Source: Tetramitus jugosus (lineage: Eukaryota > Protista > Heterolobosea). From it: a DNA stretch of 64,000 nucleotides. The position numbers and the translations under genes were made by a program. Each line of letters starts with the position of its first letter. Position 1 is the first letter of the stretch. Below the pieces are notes generated by a model. That model saw only the letters and a program-made list of their open reading frames with translations, had not been told where the DNA came from and did no database searches. Positions 49,411 to 60,827 of the stretch are shown one piece after another. The stretch is taken from positions 456,296 through 520,295 of the forward strand of contig OW569363.1 of assembly GCA_937625935.1 (NCBI GenBank), given 5' to 3'.

Positions 49411-51420
49411 TTAATTTTCGGGAGACTGACTTTTCTCGAAGGCATATGTCGTATCCATCAATTCCTGTTTTATCTTGAGTTTGATCATCGCTTCTTCGCA
49501 TTCCTTATTCTTGGAGAATCGCTGGAAAGTGTCGGTTAGGTTGACTTTCAATTCTGTATCCAATTGCTTCAGTTCCTCGAATCTTACAACATCCATGTCA
49601 GTTCTTTTGAACACTTGACTGAGGTCACGCACCACTGTGGCAGATACATTGACTTGGAGTGCGCTTCCCTCTCTAATAAAGGTATTGTATAATTTTTGAA
49701 ATTCCTCAAAAGGAAGGTGATCTCGCTCCTGAATTCCCCTCAACCTTACATACAATTTGTAGTTCTCCAAACTAAACTCTCTTGAACAGTAGGTGGCAAA
49801 CAATTCAGCACCATCTTCATCCTCTAAGAATATGGTGAGAGATGTCTGATCTTTGGTTGGACCTTCTTTCTTCCCACTCTGTCCTCCTATCATCCTGTAT
49901 ATTTCAACACAACAAGCAAAACCTCCACCAGCCGAAAAAGCAAATGTCCATATGGCCGGAGAGAAGTTCCATGAATAGATAATCCAACGTATAACACCTG
50001 ATAAAATTTTGCAACTATCACGAGGACAGGGAGTAACCTTGAACACCTGAGCGAATATGAGAGAGGCGATCACTGTTCCTGAAATCACAAACGGTCCTGC
50101 TACGATAAGGGACAGAAGAACTTCGAGCCTCTGAAGTAATGGATCATCAAAAAAGAAATACCAGGTTAATGATCGCTTCCTTATGTTCTTCCAATTCAAA
50201 ATCACCTCAACTACAACCGTAATGAGACACAATGCACATGAAATGATGGGAAGTAGGCAAATGAACAGTACCATGACCGCATAATATTTGTCGCTTTGGT
50301 CCGAGGAGAAAATGCCTAGATCGCTGAGCAGTGTTCCCAGATGGAACAGAAGGACAGGAATCAATAATAGGAGTCCTGTTAGAGCCAAGGCTATGAGAAA
50401 TGCTCCTTTTGAAGTTAATCTCTTGTGAATTATTAAATTTCTATCTATGTCTGAGGTTAAGTTTGTCTGTACCACCTTGTATATATTTCTGATATACAAG
50501 TACCTAAACAAATGAATGGAGGCGAATACTACAGCTATAGAGAATACAAAAGCACCTAAAACTGCAAAAGACACATAGTCTCTGCCCTCATAGATACTAT
50601 ATTGCAGAATGTAATCGACATAAAGCAACACACGGAACATCAATAGTAATATCAATATAACGAACGGTGTTGGTTGTCTGCTGTATAATAATCTGCTTCG
50701 ATAAAGCATGCTGTTCATCACTATTAGCGCTATCAACACTAAACAGTCGAAAATGAGAGATAAGATACTGCTGATGTGAATGAAATAGTGGGGATACCAA
50801 TAGGTGTAATGAAAGAAAGCTCTCTTATCCGAGAAACATTGGTTTGTTCCCTTCACTTTGTGTGAGTCAATGTCTACCACAAAATTGGGGGCTTCTAAAG
50901 ATCCAACACGATACATATCTGTGGTATTCAAAGTCTGATTAGAATTCCCAAAGAAAATTATTCGATCGTAACGACCCCTAGTGAATGGCCGAAATGCCTC
51001 AACAACAACTAAACTAGCCCAAGGTTGTTCAGAGTATACATCCTCTTCTGTATTTTCTTTTGGCCACGCGAGTGGTATGCTTGGCTTTCTGGTTGTAATG
51101 TCATTCAACATCACCTGACCCAACCCAACACCCTTGCTTGCAAAATCAAAAAAATAAGCACTGACCATTGTATCATTGTTTCGATACATTCCAAAACTCA
51201 TCCATCCTTTCTTATCATCATTTGCGGCTAACGTATACTTGTGTTTTTGTTCCAACTGTTTCGTTTGAGAGAATTCTGACCATTCAAACACTTGCTGATG
51301 GTCGTTCTGAAACAATATGCACCTATCAGCATATCTATTGAGGAAATTCACCTTGGCATGGCATTGTGCCATCAAAAACAACAAGATACAACACGACAGG
51401 AAGAGGTTGCAAATTCTCAT
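49411..51420 (-). CDS. Signal peptide + multi-TM (7TM-like) protein with C-terminal RGS domain
   Basis: Hydrophobic signal sequence, about 7 TM segments, RGS motif FATYCSREFSLEN…LYNTFIREGSALQVNVS…NLTDTFQRF. Confidence 0.85.
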   Translation of the reverse strand: MRICNLFLSCCILLFLMAQCHAKVNFLNRYADRCILFQNDHQQVFEWSEFSQTKQLEQKHKYTLAANDDKKGWMSFGMYRNNDTMVSAYFFDFASKGVGLGQVMLNDITTRKPSIPLAWPKENTEEDVYSEQPWASLVVVEAFRPFTRGRYDRIIFFGNSNQTLNTTDMYRVGSLEAPNFVVDIDSHKVKGTNQCFSDKRAFFHYTYWYPHYFIHISSILSLIFDCLVLIALIVMNSMLYRSRLLYSRQPTPFVILILLLMFRVLLYVDYILQYSIYEGRDYVSFAVLGAFVFSIAVVFASIHLFRYLYIRNIYKVVQTNLTSDIDRNLIIHKRLTSKGAFLIALALTGLLLLIPVLLFHLGTLLSDLGIFSSDQSDKYYAVMVLFICLLPIISCALCLITVVVEVILNWKNIRKRSLTWYFFFDDPLLQRLEVLLSLIVAGPFVISGTVIASLIFAQVFKVTPCPRDSCKILSGVIRWIIYSWNFSPAIWTFAFSAGGGFACCVEIYRMIGGQSGKKEGPTKDQTSLTIFLEDEDGAELFATYCSREFSLENYKLYVRLRGIQERDHLPFEEFQKLYNTFIREGSALQVNVSATVVRDLSQVFKRTDMDVVRFEELKQLDTELKVNLTDTFQRFSKNKECEEAMIKLKIKQELMDTTYAFEKSQSPEN

Positions 51421-51605
51421 TTTTTGGTGTCGGGAAGGACAAAAAGTTCGCAGGGATGTTTCACGAAGATCTGAACACCAACCGGAAGTTTCAATGAGGT
51501 CTGGCTAGCATCATGTCAGGGCTAATAAGGGGAGATTCAGTTGGAAATCATTTACGACTATCATTTTCCCATGGCGTTGTCAATTTTAATCAATTGGTGG
51601 AAATC

Positions 51606-53377
51606 TCAATCATAGAAGGTGTAGTGAAACTTGTCCTCAAACTCTGGAATACTCAAATCACTCTCCAGGATTTGTTTTGTCCATTCTGGCATGTTATTGA
51701 TGGTTAATGAGTTGAAAGCATGTTTAAAATGGGCGTCATCATATCCGGCAGTCCGCATACCGATATATACCAACTCTGCCACACTTTGTTCAGTATATTT
51801 GCCTATGTTCTCATCATTGATTGTTACTATCATCTTCCAGTCTTGAGATCCTTGATATGTAATAAGGGATGGATCTGTAATTTCTTGAAAATGAGAGTCT
51901 AAAAACACTCCAGCTCGTTCATGCCACATGTACTTCTTCTGAAGGAATCGAAGAACAAAAGGTACGTTGTAGTACTCAAGAAGAATACTCCTCTCCTCAT
52001 TCTGAGAAACTGCTGCAAATAACGCTTCCCCGACATCTTCGAGACACTTGTGCAGCGGTACCATTTCTGCAGTAGGAAACGTCAAATTTTCGAACTGGAA
52101 GATGAATGGAACATTTTGACTCGTTTTCAATTCAGAGAATCGCACTCTGCACTCCTTACGAAATACACTTTGTTCCATATTCTTGAATCGGATCTTGATT
52201 GCATTTTGCATAGCATGATAGAGCTTATAGTTTTGTGCGGTTGGATCAATTATCCCAAATGTTCTCAAGGCAAACTCTCTGAGGTATTTTTGACTTGTGT
52301 CTAGATATGAATTATCATAAATTTTCCTTATGCCCTTGTTCACACATGAAAATGATGAATGTGAGTTTTTAGACAGGTACTCAAAGATTAAGGGGGTGAC
52401 ATCAACTGGTAGTTTCCAAGAGGATGCATGTGGGATAAATGTGAGGGGTTCTGCAACCGACAGTGGACAATCCTCATCATAAAACTCTCGAATATCTGTG
52501 AATAGATAATCGCAAAACATATACCCAAATCTGTTCTCAAAGCATATTGCTTCTGTCTCTTCGGACAAACCTCTAATATCAGAGAAAACTCCATCTAATT
52601 CCTCTTCTCCTTTGATATCTCCAATTAGCTTGTTGAAATAGTGTTCAGATAGCCCGGCGATAGTGAAACAACTTTGGATAAATTGGATAAATTCTTGACC
52701 GAGTGCTTTCAATTGGTTAAAACAATCATCTGATTGAGTACTCCAGATGTTCTCCCCTTCTTCATCAGTTACTTCTACCACAATGTTCCAAGCGTATGGA
52801 TCAGTGTTTGAATTCTGCTTGCTCCAAGAATATGATTCCCCAGTGTGTTCTCTTACAAATTTTCCATCTTTTTCTGACCAAACAAACTTATTCTTTCTCA
52901 ATAACACTAAGTAAACTCTATCTGAAAAATTCAAGTTCAAACTATAATCTTCAGTTTGATACTTGTTCACTGAATGCTCATCGATAACATTGGTATACAG
53001 ATACACATCAGAGTATTTGGCATCAAAAACATGAAACTTCTCAGGACATCTCTCAACACATTCTTTGTAAAACACTTGATTTCGCAAGTGATCCACTCTG
53101 TTCCAAGAACTCTTTGCAATCCTTTAAGCAATGCCTTGGATTCCACAGATACATCAAGTGAGATTCTCTTGTTGCACTCATGAGCAGCATTCAATTCTGC
53201 ACTAGAATGGAGTGCAGCTGCTCTCCATGCCAAACTTGTGTGCTGAATCGAGAGTAGCTCTTCCAAAGGCACAAAGTTAAAGATGAGTGAGAGCGCTTCA
53301 TTTGACAAGCGAGTAATGCAAGCCTCTTTTTTGACCTTCTTCGATTGCTTGTAGGATTGGGTGGCAGCACGCTTCAT
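51606..53377 (-). pseudogene. F-box protein gene split by a frameshift (ORFs 53377-52967 and 53096-51606)
   Basis: N-terminal F-box (ITRLSNEALSLIFNFVPLEELLSI…SLAWR) and a second F-box-like motif (KLPVDVTPLIFEYLS…SCVNK). The downstream ORF has no ATG at its start and overlaps out of frame. Confidence 0.6.
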
Positions 53378-53592
53378 CTTTTTGGTATTTGGTTATTTTT
53401 TGTTGTGAGGCGGGAAGGATCTCTTTGGGGACCAAAAATGTGTGAAAATTCTGAGTTCAGATTGTTTTCGTCGGAATTTCGGATCAGCTGTTTTTGTAAA
53501 TTTTTTGGCTTCTTCCAACCCATCTTGGGAAGTGTCGGGGAAAGAACGATTAACCGCGGAAGGAAGAATTCGGGACCATTTTATTGCCTCGT

Positions 53593-56500
53593 TTACAATT
53601 TGTACTCTTGAGGAGAAGACAACCATCCCTGCCCAATCATGAATTTAGTGTACTTTTCAAACGCATTCTTGTTGTAAGTGTCACAACCAATACCTGTTCC
53701 TTCCAAGGCTGCAGCCGAGTTCTTGTCTGAACATGCAGGAGAATGATGATGGAGTTCCAAGATCGTGTTTCTTCCGGCGTAGACTCTTTCAAGAATATAT
53801 GCTGCAACAGGATACAAAGCATTCTCTGTCATCTCGTTGGCCAAGATTTTCTGCACTTCTTCCAACCAGATCTTGATTGGTACCTTGTTCAATTTGTATC
53901 CCATAGATATCATGTACTCGAATATTTGGACAGAACTTGGTTCTGTACTACGGTTAGGAACTGTGTGAAAAACTGTGCTTTTGTTCAGATGGGACTTGTG
54001 TATAGAGATATGAGATATTGCAGCTGCAACAAAGTCTCCATTAGTGAGAGTCCAGTATTTTGTAGGTAAATCTGGATAGAAACCGATCTGGATACAACCC
54101 TTGATGAATCTACACATGAAATCTGTAGGGTTGGAAATACCAGTCTTTGAAGAGGCTTCGATAAAGCCTGGTCTATAAATTTTGGCTGGGACTCCCCTTT
54201 CGACAGCAGTTCTCACCATTTTCTCAGCGACCCACTTGCTCTTAGTATAGCCGTTTTCTACATACATGTACTCCAAAATTGGCATAATATCTTCATCTTC
54301 CAGCAAAATATCCAATCCCAGAAACTGTCTAGCAGGTCCGAAAACACATACAGAAGAGACATAATGGAATGGTTTCACCTTTTTAAATGTGGTGAATTTG
54401 AGCATATTGTGTGTTCCTTCAACATTGGATGCTCTTATAGCTTCGTACGACTTGACATAACTGATATCTGCAGCAGCATGGTACACGATATGGCATGTTG
54501 ATGCCAAATCTTCGTACAAGGATTCACTAAGTCCTAGTCTTTCTTTGGAAACATCTCCAATAATTGGTGTGAATCTGGATGCGAGGTCTGGATTCCACAA
54601 CTTCAACTTTTTGAGATTTTCTTCAATTTTCAATCTACCATCTTCTTCGCTATTACATCTCACAAGTACATGGACATGTAAATGTGGAGCTTGGGCAATA
54701 ATCTCCTGTAGTAGATTTCCTCCCAGAAAACCTGATGCTCCTGTCATGAATACATTAATAGGTTCATTGGTGTTCAGGTCAATATGGAATGATGATTGAG
54801 TGTCCTCAGAGTGTTCTGAATGAACATTGACACAGTCATCGATCTTTGATTCCTCCATGTAATCAACTTCTTCAATACTATCACTCAGAGTAGTGGCATT
54901 TTCAATCATCTTTGCCACAGTCTTCACAGAGGAGTTTCCTCTGTACATGAGATGAACTGGGATCAAGATTCCATACTTGGAAGACACAGCTCCCATGAGT
55001 CTTGTTGCCAGTAGGGAACTTCCTCCCATGGCAAAAAAGTCTTCATTATAATCTGGCTCTACTGACAGTAGCTCCTTGAACATGAGGGCCACACATTTCT
55101 CAATTTCAGATCCATCTTCGTTGGTCTTGATTGTTTTGGAAACGAAGTCTGACTGTTGCAACGCAGTGCGATCAATCTTGCTTCCATTGGACATCATTGG
55201 CATTTGGTCAATAATGACGTAAATGTAGGGCTGCATGTTGTATGGCAAATGACACCTGGCATGCATCTTGATATTGCTCAAAATATCATTACCAGTAGAA
55301 TCGGCCTTTCTCGGTACAATGTACGCGACTAGTGTGTTTTGATCTGCTACAATGTCCTTTCTTACAACCACTGCACAAGACACGACCGAATTGTTCTGCA
55401 ACAATACATTCTCTATGTTCTCTAATTCGAGACGAAAGCCATTCACTTTGACTTGGTTGTCCTTTCTTCCAACAAACAGATACTCTCCGTTTTCTAACTT
55501 TTTGACAATATCTCCCGTCTTGAATCCTCTCAATCCCGTCTTGGTATCCACAAAGAACTTGTTCTTAGTATCCTCGGATACGTAACCTAGGGATACTGCA
55601 TCGCCAATAATGTGCAATTCTCCTGGGGATCCATCTTTGACTTCTTCTCCGTTTTCTTCCACAACTTTCAGAAGGAAACCACTTAGACCAAATCCAATAG
55701 GAATAGAATCAGAGAACTGTTCATTGTTGACTGAATCAGGTGTACACTTGTGGACAGTTGTACAGATAGTTGCTTCTGTAGGTCCATATGCATTATAGAG
55801 CTGCCTATCTTTGGACCACTCTTCTGCCAATTTCTTTGGACATTTCTCACCAGCTACAATGACATTTTTCAATGATGATAGTCTGTTATCATTAGGGTCC
55901 AAAATGGAAAGAGATGAAGGAGGGAGGCAAAGGAAGTCGATACGACTCTGATGGATAAATCTAATCAATGGTTCTCCAGGCATAATTTTCTCTCTCTTGG
56001 CAATGTACAGAGTAGATCCAGAGAATAGCGCGATGATGATCTCAAAAATGGATGCATCGAAACTCATTGAAGCGTACTGCAACATACGGTTATTAGAACC
56101 GAGTTGGAATATTTTCACGCTTTCGTCTGCAAGAGAGCACAATCCAGAATGGCAGGTCCTTACGCCCTGAGGAATTCCAGTGGAACCAGACGTATAAATA
56201 ATGTAGGCCAATTCTTGTCCAGTCATTGATACGGATGTGAATGGTTGATCACTTGTTTCCTCGAGCATTTCCATATCGATTACGATGGAAAAATTCTTGT
56301 CATCAGTAATCATGTTGGAGAGATCTACAGAGTATTCTCTTGTTGTTAAGACGAACTTTGGTTTGCAATCGTCAATAACGCTCTTGTTGTATTGAAATGG
56401 CATATCAGGGTCAATTGGTACATAACATGCACCAGCTTTAAGTACAGCAAACATGGAAATGACTCTTTCTGCACTGGGACCCATAAACAATCCGATAATA

Positions 56501-56667
56501 TCTCCAGGTTCAACCCCCTTTGTGGCAATTGCAGATGCTATTGCATTCGAAAGGTCGTGTACCTTTTGGTAAGTGAAGTTAGTTCCAGAATCCTTGATGG
56601 CAACAGATTCTGGGTTTCTTTGGACGATTGACGCAAATTTTTCGTGGATAGTGTATGTAGTGGACAT
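53593..56667 (-). CDS. Single-module NRPS-like enzyme: adenylation - PCP - thioester reductase (A-T-R), about 1024 aa, intronless
   Basis: A-domain motifs LAYIIYTSGSTG, SFDASIFE, NAYGPTE, KTGD, GRKDNQVKVNGFRLELENIE; PCP DFFAMGGSSL; R domain TGASGFLG, GYTKSKWVAE, YRPG. ATG at 56667. Confidence 0.92.
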   Translation of the reverse strand: MSTTYTIHEKFASIVQRNPESVAIKDSGTNFTYQKVHDLSNAIASAIATKGVEPGDIIGLFMGPSAERVISMFAVLKAGACYVPIDPDMPFQYNKSVIDDCKPKFVLTTREYSVDLSNMITDDKNFSIVIDMEMLEETSDQPFTSVSMTGQELAYIIYTSGSTGIPQGVRTCHSGLCSLADESVKIFQLGSNNRMLQYASMSFDASIFEIIIALFSGSTLYIAKREKIMPGEPLIRFIHQSRIDFLCLPPSSLSILDPNDNRLSSLKNVIVAGEKCPKKLAEEWSKDRQLYNAYGPTEATICTTVHKCTPDSVNNEQFSDSIPIGFGLSGFLLKVVEENGEEVKDGSPGELHIIGDAVSLGYVSEDTKNKFFVDTKTGLRGFKTGDIVKKLENGEYLFVGRKDNQVKVNGFRLELENIENVLLQNNSVVSCAVVVRKDIVADQNTLVAYIVPRKADSTGNDILSNIKMHARCHLPYNMQPYIYVIIDQMPMMSNGSKIDRTALQQSDFVSKTIKTNEDGSEIEKCVALMFKELLSVEPDYNEDFFAMGGSSLLATRLMGAVSSKYGILIPVHLMYRGNSSVKTVAKMIENATTLSDSIEEVDYMEESKIDDCVNVHSEHSEDTQSSFHIDLNTNEPINVFMTGASGFLGGNLLQEIIAQAPHLHVHVLVRCNSEEDGRLKIEENLKKLKLWNPDLASRFTPIIGDVSKERLGLSESLYEDLASTCHIVYHAAADISYVKSYEAIRASNVEGTHNMLKFTTFKKVKPFHYVSSVCVFGPARQFLGLDILLEDEDIMPILEYMYVENGYTKSKWVAEKMVRTAVERGVPAKIYRPGFIEASSKTGISNPTDFMCRFIKGCIQIGFYPDLPTKYWTLTNGDFVAAAISHISIHKSHLNKSTVFHTVPNRSTEPSSVQIFEYMISMGYKLNKVPIKIWLEEVQKILANEMTENALYPVAAYILERVYAGRNTILELHHHSPACSDKNSAAALEGTGIGCDTYNKNAFEKYTKFMIGQGWLSSPQEYKL

Positions 56668-57324
56668 TATGTCTTGTTTAGTTGGTGTTTCTTTGGTTGG
56701 AGAGAAACGTGGTTGAAATAGGAGAGAGCTACTATTCGTCTTTGTCGTCAACTTGTTGATGGCCCATCAGGGCGACACCTGCCATTAGAAGATTCATCCG
56801 ACATCTGAGATGCGACGTTCGACCACGAAACCATGCATATGGCAATGGTTTATCCTAAATGTAGGACGATTGCACAAAAATGGAAGATTATCGTTTAGGG
56901 TGGAGTAAGAAAATTCCTCGTGAGTTGACTGGCCAAATCAAGACTTAATCACTTGCTGTTACATGCACAATACTTATGGTCAAATCATCAATGGACGTCT
57001 GATGAGAACACGAATCTGAGGAATTGTTGATTCCGTTCTCGCACAACAATTCCGACCTTTTGGGTTGCTCCTAGTGAAGTCACGCTGAATTGGGTTCATT
57101 GAGATTTCTGGAGATTCCGAGTAAGTGTGACCATTTTGCTTTCATTCCTGGGAGCAATGACTTGTCATAATAAGAGGAGGGCCAAGGAATAGCAAGAAAA
57201 GATGATCAACCATCCCTGATTTTGACACTATAGATACACTTGCAAATTGTGTTATGCTTAGAACAGAACCTGTCACAGCATCACTGGAGTTTGATAACAA
57301 TAAATTATGTTTTATCCTTTGCGT

Positions 57325-58461
57325 TTATTGGCTGTTCTCACCTTCTTTCTCTTTATCCTCTACTGTCATTAGTGCAAGGTATCTCTCCATATCCAGCTGG
57401 TTCAGAGTTAGTTCTTCCTTGGGTGCATCTGGGCGAAGAGATGTAGTTATTTTCACCTTACGCTCCCTTGTCTCTCGTATCGTCTTCTTGATAATTTCCT
57501 TGACCCAGTCCGGAAGATTATCAGGAATCATTTCATCATCATCCTCTTCTACTTGGTCATCCAGCTCTTTTTGAGAAATGACGACTTCATTCAACTGAGA
57601 AACAATGTTGCTTTCTCCTTCCATCTTCTGAGGAGAGATGATGGAATCATCAAAATGGTAAGCAGTCAAGTCCTCTTTGTTGATATGGTGTAACACAAGC
57701 CAATCTCGCTTTGCTTGTCTCATAAACTCCAGAATTGAGCTTCTGCCATGTTGTACTTGTGCCTTGAAAAGAGTGAAAATTGAAGAGTCATCTTTTGACA
57801 ACGGAAGCGAGAACGCTCCATGTCTGTAATACTTTCCATCTGGCATTTTTGTCTCGATGAAAGAAGCAGAAACCTGATTCTCTTCGTTGAAGAAATATTC
57901 TCTGAATGAGTCCAATGTGGCCATCAGGACAAAGTCAGATTCAAGATTTTGAGCTTGGAAACCATTCTCGTTCAGAAATGAACATAACTCGGCCTGTTGT
58001 GGAAACTGATACTGTTGGTTATGGAGACAGTCACTCATCGGTTCCACTATTGTTAGTATCCAATAGATATGATCTGGTTCATCCCCAAGACCAACACACT
58101 CTATTCTCTTCTTAATCCAGATATTTGCTTCAATAGAGTTACCTGATTTGTCAAATTTGTTTACCGAATAGTACCTGTCTACCACCCGCCTGCAGTTCTG
58201 GAGTTTGAAACCATGTCGGTGAAAATCTGGGCGTTTCTTGGTGCAATAACGAAAGGATCGAATTGATGATGGAGATTCAGCAAATCGGGTTATCTCAGCA
58301 ATTACATTTTGAATTTTGGCCAACAGGTCGAATTCTGAACCGAAGAGGCGCAAGGGAGAAGGTGTTCTCAAACCATCAGAGGGAGTTTTTGGGGTACCGG
58401 GAGTTCTTGGTGTCTTGGTCTTGAGAGGCTCGAGAGAGTTGCATGCCACACTTGATGCCAT
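57325..58461 (-). CDS. Hypothetical protein, possibly a degenerate CYTH/triphosphate-tunnel fold
   Basis: Intact 378-aa ATG ORF. Pattern VDRYY…IWIKKR…W…TLDSFREYF loosely resembles CYTH. Weak assignment. Confidence 0.45.
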   Translation of the reverse strand: MASSVACNSLEPLKTKTPRTPGTPKTPSDGLRTPSPLRLFGSEFDLLAKIQNVIAEITRFAESPSSIRSFRYCTKKRPDFHRHGFKLQNCRRVVDRYYSVNKFDKSGNSIEANIWIKKRIECVGLGDEPDHIYWILTIVEPMSDCLHNQQYQFPQQAELCSFLNENGFQAQNLESDFVLMATLDSFREYFFNEENQVSASFIETKMPDGKYYRHGAFSLPLSKDDSSIFTLFKAQVQHGRSSILEFMRQAKRDWLVLHHINKEDLTAYHFDDSIISPQKMEGESNIVSQLNEVVISQKELDDQVEEDDDEMIPDNLPDWVKEIIKKTIRETRERKVKITTSLRPDAPKEELTLNQLDMERYLALMTVEDKEKEGENSQ

Positions 58462-59061
58462 ATTTCGTGCAATTTTTGGTCCTCTCGGTTAGGTCGTAGT
58501 GTAGGAAAATTGTTCACATAGGCTATCATTAAAATGGGAGGGATGGAGGACAACGTGTCTATACTTACGTTGCTGCTCAAATTAAGCACATCAAGTGGTA
58601 TATTGTCGACAATAAGATCGTGTCTATCCTCACAATCGTGAAGAACAAAGTTCTTCTTCAAGAACCTCGTGAACAAACAATCTGTGGGACGGGAAACATG
58701 ATCACAGGCCAGAACAAGAACGGAGCTATTGACAGGAAATGCTCCACCTATTCTGGTACCTGGAACTTGAGAACTCGGAAGAAAGTTATTGGATCGAGGA
58801 TATTCTAACTCAAAGTGCAGCAAAGTATAAAGCAGACAAAGTTGGGGTACTCAAGATGATTTCTGGATTGATCAGTATTTTGGATGAACACCAAGTTTCA
58901 GACTTTGATTCTGTTCGACAAAGTTGTATGATGTTATCCTTCAATCGGTTTGAGTAACCCTATCCTTGGAATTAATCTTACAAATATTCATCATACTGAA
59001 CCCCCATATTATTCGTGTTATCAAGATTAGGGTATTGGACGCAGGAGCTCGCCGTGGAGAC

Positions 59062-59877
59062 TTAAATACCATTGTTTCCCTTCAGATTTTGATTCTTAGC
59101 TTTTATAACGTCCAACTCTGTTTTATATCGAATGGCTGAATAGATGCGTTTGGTTGACGTTCTTGAGGAGTACTGCTCAAATGCACTTGGTGGATAGTAC
59201 AGCTCAATGGCCTTGGCTAGTGCCGTAAGTTCTGGAACTGTAAACTGATAATAATAAAATTCAATCAAGTCAATACATCTCTCCACATCGTCCACTCTCA
59301 AGGACTTTTTGAATTGAATAAACTTCTCACGAATCACGGACATATTCTCGAAGATTGAACCAATCGACTCCTTGAGAATTGTACCAAGGTAAAACAAAAA
59401 TCCGAAAATGGAATCAAATGGTGGGATTCTAATTCCCAGTTTCATGAGCAGGCAGCATGGAAGGGATATTCCAATCAAACCGAAGGACGCAGCAGAACCT
59501 AAAACAATAAGTGGAGAATAAAACAAAAGGAGTATAGGATGGCTATCTCTTCTATCTTCAAGTTTGATCAACTTGTCAATAGCTTGAGCCAGAACAACGC
59601 GATCCAATTCAGAATTGTTCTCCATGCGATTGTGTTGAGTCATCTGTTCTTGATATTGCTGCTTCTTCTCAAATCTTTCTTCCATAAATTGTTGAAAACG
59701 AGAGAGTTTGAACTGTTGGGGATCTTGAATGAACTCTTTCAAACGGACGGTGCTGAGAGATGCAGACAGGTCGTTGTGCAATCTCACATGATTGAACGAA
59801 GAGAAATTGGTCAGTAATAAGCGACTGCTACTGCTTCTGGCGGGGTGAGAAGCCTTGTTGATGACTCGACCGATCAT
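59062..59877 (-). CDS. Hypothetical membrane protein with a mitochondrial-presequence-like N-terminus
   Basis: ATG at 59877; R/S-rich acid-free N-terminus; central hydrophobic segments. Confidence 0.55.
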   Translation of the reverse strand: MIGRVINKASHPARSSSSRLLLTNFSSFNHVRLHNDLSASLSTVRLKEFIQDPQQFKLSRFQQFMEERFEKKQQYQEQMTQHNRMENNSELDRVVLAQAIDKLIKLEDRRDSHPILLLFYSPLIVLGSAASFGLIGISLPCCLLMKLGIRIPPFDSIFGFLFYLGTILKESIGSIFENMSVIREKFIQFKKSLRVDDVERCIDLIEFYYYQFTVPELTALAKAIELYYPPSAFEQYSSRTSTKRIYSAIRYKTELDVIKAKNQNLKGNNGI

Positions 59878-59953
59878 TGCAATTTGGTGGACTCGACAAT
59901 TTATACCATTTTCCACTGATGAACCCTAGTGGCGTCTTCAACCATAGAAAGTA

Positions 59954-60622
59954 GTGGGCCACATTGAGTTCAAGAATGTCACCTTCTCGTATCCAACAAG
60001 ACCAAACACTCAAGTTTTGAAGAACTTTAACCTTACCATTCATCCTGGTCAAGCTGTTGCCTTGGTCGGTGCTTCAGGTTCAGGTAAATCGACAATAGTT
60101 GGTCTGCTAGAGAAGTTTTATCAAGCAGATTCTGGACAAATTATCTTGGATGGCAATGACGTGAACGAAATTGATCCTCGGTGGTTGCACAGAAATATTG
60201 GAATTGTGACACAGGAACCAACACTGTTTGCCTCTTCCATCAGAGATAATATATTGTATGCAAGAGCAATGATTCAAGATCCAAAGTTGTTGTTGCTTGA
60301 TGAAGCCACAAGTGCATTGGACACACAGTCAGAATCCATTGTGCAAGAAGCGTTGAACAAGTTGATGGAGGGAAGGACGTCCATCATCATTGCTCATCGT
60401 CTGTCAACGGTTATTGACTCGGATGTGATTGTTGTGATGAACAAGGAAGAGATCAAGGAGATTGGAACTCATCTGGAGTTAGTGAACATGCCAGATGGAT
60501 ATTATCGCAAACTGGCTTCTAAGCAAATGTTGTTACCAGGTGGACCATCCACCAACACACAAGAGTCATCTGACGGAGAATCATCAGACGGCTCGGATGA
60601 TGAAGGAGAAGAGGTATGGTAA
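59954..60622 (+). pseudogene. ABCB-type ABC transporter NBD fragment lacking TMD, ATG and the LSGGQ signature
   Basis: Walker A GASGSGKST, Q-loop VTQEP, Walker B LLLDEATSALD and H-loop IAHRLST are present. IRDNILY is fused directly to ARAMIQDP. Confidence 0.8.
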
Positions 60623-60827
60623 AAATTGATATCCTGGAGCTCCAGAATCGAGAAGATAAGAAATAAACTCGTCGTATTAATTTTTGTGAACTTCATCAAA
60701 GAAGCCTGTTTGATCATTTAATTAACCTTTTTCAACTCAAGGTCAATAAGAAACACATGGACGTCCTGGGATTCTTGACAGTTTACGGAGATAGCACTGG
60801 GCTCATAATCGACTTGAGAGAAAATTA

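Noticed and set aside
3002-51420. Apparent signalling cluster (two cyclases, G-alpha, RGS, Kv) and prenylation pair (CaaX kinesin, PTAR1)
   Set aside because: The genes are dispersed among unrelated housekeeping genes and belong to large families; no evidence of functional clustering.
56995-57050. CTGATGAG followed by a stem as a hammerhead ribozyme
   Set aside because: The required GAAA after stem II is absent.
58368-58957. Overlapping short ORFs upstream of the 378-aa gene
   Set aside because: Non-ATG starts and no recognisable motif. They may be decayed coding sequence but cannot be supported.
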